Under the pieces are notes generated by a model, which saw nothing but the letters and a program-made list of their open reading frames with translations, was not told the DNA's origin and did not search any database. The translations under genes were made by a program, and so were the position numbers. DNA of 64,000 nucleotides from Eledone cirrhosa (Eukaryota), in assembly GCA_964016885.1 (NCBI GenBank), contig OZ024754.1, positions 45,012,001 to 45,076,000 of the forward strand, in the 5' to 3' direction. Below are positions 61,612 to 64,000 of the stretch, one piece after another. Within the stretch, counting starts at the first letter, position 1. Every line of letters begins with the position of its first letter.

Positions 61612-62470
61612 TACCACCACTACCACAACAACTACCACAACTACCACAACTACCACCACCACCACTACCGCTACCACCACTACTACCACAACTACCACCA
61701 CTACCACTACCACCACTACTACCACCACCACTACTACTACCACAACCACTACCAACTCTACCACTACCTCCACCACTATCCCCATCACCACCACCACCAA
61801 CACAACCACCACCACCACCACCACTTCTATCTGACAGTTGTTTATTCTATTAACCCACCACAACCACTACCACCATTGCCACTGACACCACCACCACCGC
61901 CGCCACCACCACCACCACCACCACCACCACCACCATCACTGACACCCCTGACACCACCAGTAGAACAGCTAAAAACTAGAACCTGCACGACACCACCACC
62001 ACCACCGCCATCATCATCACCACCACCATCACTGACACCCCTGACACCACCAGTAGAACAGCTAAAAACTAGAACATGCACGACACCACCACTACCACCG
62101 CCACCATCATCACCACCATCACCACCACCATCACTGACACCCCTGACACCACCAGTAGAACAGCTAAAAACTAGAACGTCCACACACCACCACCACTACC
62201 ACTATTACCACCACCTCTTTACCACCACCACCACCACCACCACCACCTCCTCTATCACCACCACCTCTTTACCACCACCACCACCACCACCACCACCACC
62301 TCCTCTATCACCACCACCTCTTTACCACCACCACCACCACCACCACCACCTCCTCTATCACCACCACCTCTTTACCACCACCACCACCACCACCACCACC
62401 TCCTCTATCACCACCACCTCTTTACCACCACCACCACCTCCACTATCACCCCCACCTCTTCACCCCCCCC
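61612..62470. repeat. (ACC)n-rich array with three copies of a ~45-bp unique insert
   Basis: actgacacccctgacaccaccagtagaacagctaaaaactagaac x3. Confidence 0.88.
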
Positions 62471-62769
62471 CCATGATCTTAATTCCAACTAAGACAATCG
62501 TTAATCAAGGCTAAACTACTCTAACCGTCTTTTGTATTAAAGCAGCATTACTGTAATGTGGTTTAATCCTTCTATAGACTGTAGAGTAGAGGGAGGGAGC
62601 TAGGGAGAGGGAAAGAGTATAGAGAGAGGGAGCTAGAGAAAGTATAGAGAGAGGGAGAGAGAAGGAGCTAAGGAGATAGAGAGAGGAAGGGAGGGAGAAG
62701 GAGATAGAGAGAGAGACAATAGTTTAGGGCCTCAGTGTGAGTGTGTCCGTGAAACATTACATATACACC

Positions 62770-63540
62770 AGGTCCGAATACAAACTCCCACCGAATCAAA
62801 CCCCCACCGCCACTGCCTCCGTCACTCCCGCTCTCCCCATCTCTCACTATTGTGAACAAATTGGGGGTCCACGCAGTGGATGCCCTGGCTGACCCGTGGC
62901 ATCGGCAGACAGAATAGAGAACGCGTTTGCCCTGAGGATGGTGATAGAGACGCGCTGGAAGAGACCCGCGGGTATACAACTCTGTGTCGATTGTGGTGAG
63001 TAGGGAGGTGGCCTTAGAGCCAAGGACACAAGATGTCTCCACTGCTACGGGCTCGAGCGCAAACCTGTTGGAGAGTGACAGATATTTGGAGAGTTTACCC
63101 TCCGCGGCTCGAAGTGCAGCAGAGCCTGGGTTAGTCGCAGACTGCACCTGGTTGCCACTGGAGAATGTGTCGCTGCATGTGGTATCCCAAATGAGGGGTT
63201 TACCACCACGGAACGGGAGGAGGTCTTGCCGTCTCCTCGGTCCTGCTCCGTCGGCTCGAGCTGGGTGGGGAAGCCTACAGCATCCAAGCCATGCTTTATG
63301 ACCTCGTTGAGAGCAGCATGGCATGGAAGGCGACCGGCATTGTAGCGACAGGACAGCGGGTGGAGACCGAAAAAGTCAACGGTGGATCCGCAGCGACATT
63401 TGTGTGGGTCGCAGAGCCTCAGGGAAACCCTGATTCACAGGCTACCATTATCCAGCTGCGTGCCCATTTAAAAGGCGGGTAAGGCATTGAGCCAGGCACC
63501 GTTGTTGGGTTGCCGCAAAACGTTGTCTGATGCCCACCCG
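62770..63540 (-). mobile_element. RLE-type (CRE/R2-group) non-LTR retrotransposon 3' fragment, frameshifted
   Basis: PFRGGKPLIWDTTCSDTF...AAEGKLSKY...EPVAVETSCVLG and LFQRVSITILRANA match the restriction-like endonuclease C-terminus. Confidence 0.8.
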
Positions 63541-64000
63541 ATAATGCCAATCCATCGCCCATGTTCTAGAGGTAATGTTAAAAACTAGCTAGACGCAGGT
63601 GGAATGCTTTTTATCCTAGATGGGTATGATTCGAACATCTTTGGTCATAGGTCAAAAACAATAACATCAAACTGCTATAGCAATTAAAACTGTTACCACT
63701 CATTACATAGACTTAAGAGTACAAATAACTCCTACCACCACCACCTCCCTTTCACCTTTACTAATAAACTACCACCATTACACCTTTAAACCCCTCCTCC
63801 CCCCACCACCTATATTTCACCTTTGATAATACACTACTACTACACATACCATCACCACTACTACCACTACTTCAAGCAACAAAGCTAAAAACAGATTAAA
63901 TCTAGTCACTGTACCTGCTAGAAGTAGCAGCCAAAATTCCCTCACATGTCACCCACATTAGACGGTTTGTGTGGAAGAAGAAGAAGAAGAAGAAGAAGAA

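Noticed and set aside
61876-62514. Proline-rich extensin/formin-like ORF
   Set aside because: It is (ACC)n low complexity with local duplications and no domain evidence.

Overview
Eukaryotic, AT-rich DNA saturated with (TA)n, (CA)n, (GA)n and (ACT)n microsatellites. The repeat landscape and the dominant tRNA-derived SINE suggest an octopod cephalopod (inference, no search run). Almost all ORFs in the supplied track are microsatellite artefacts. I reconstructed one real gene by hand: a complete 12-coding-exon ABHD12-like lysophospholipase on the minus strand (58806->45648, 394 aa, all GT-AG introns, intact Ser-Asp-His triad). The rest is mobile DNA: many SINEs, 3' fragments of RTE-, CR1-, Tx1- and CRE-like LINEs, mariner- and piggyBac-type MITEs, and a small Helitron. 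The most striking unannotated signal is a set of at least five families of 80-360 bp elements that sit in or against (TA)n tracts. They carry whole or half hammerhead-ribozyme motifs, and most are fold-back palindromes whose apex usually falls in a ribozyme helix. They look like minimal Penelope-like (PLE) or retrozyme-type insertions. Repeat boundaries are approximate and were read by eye.
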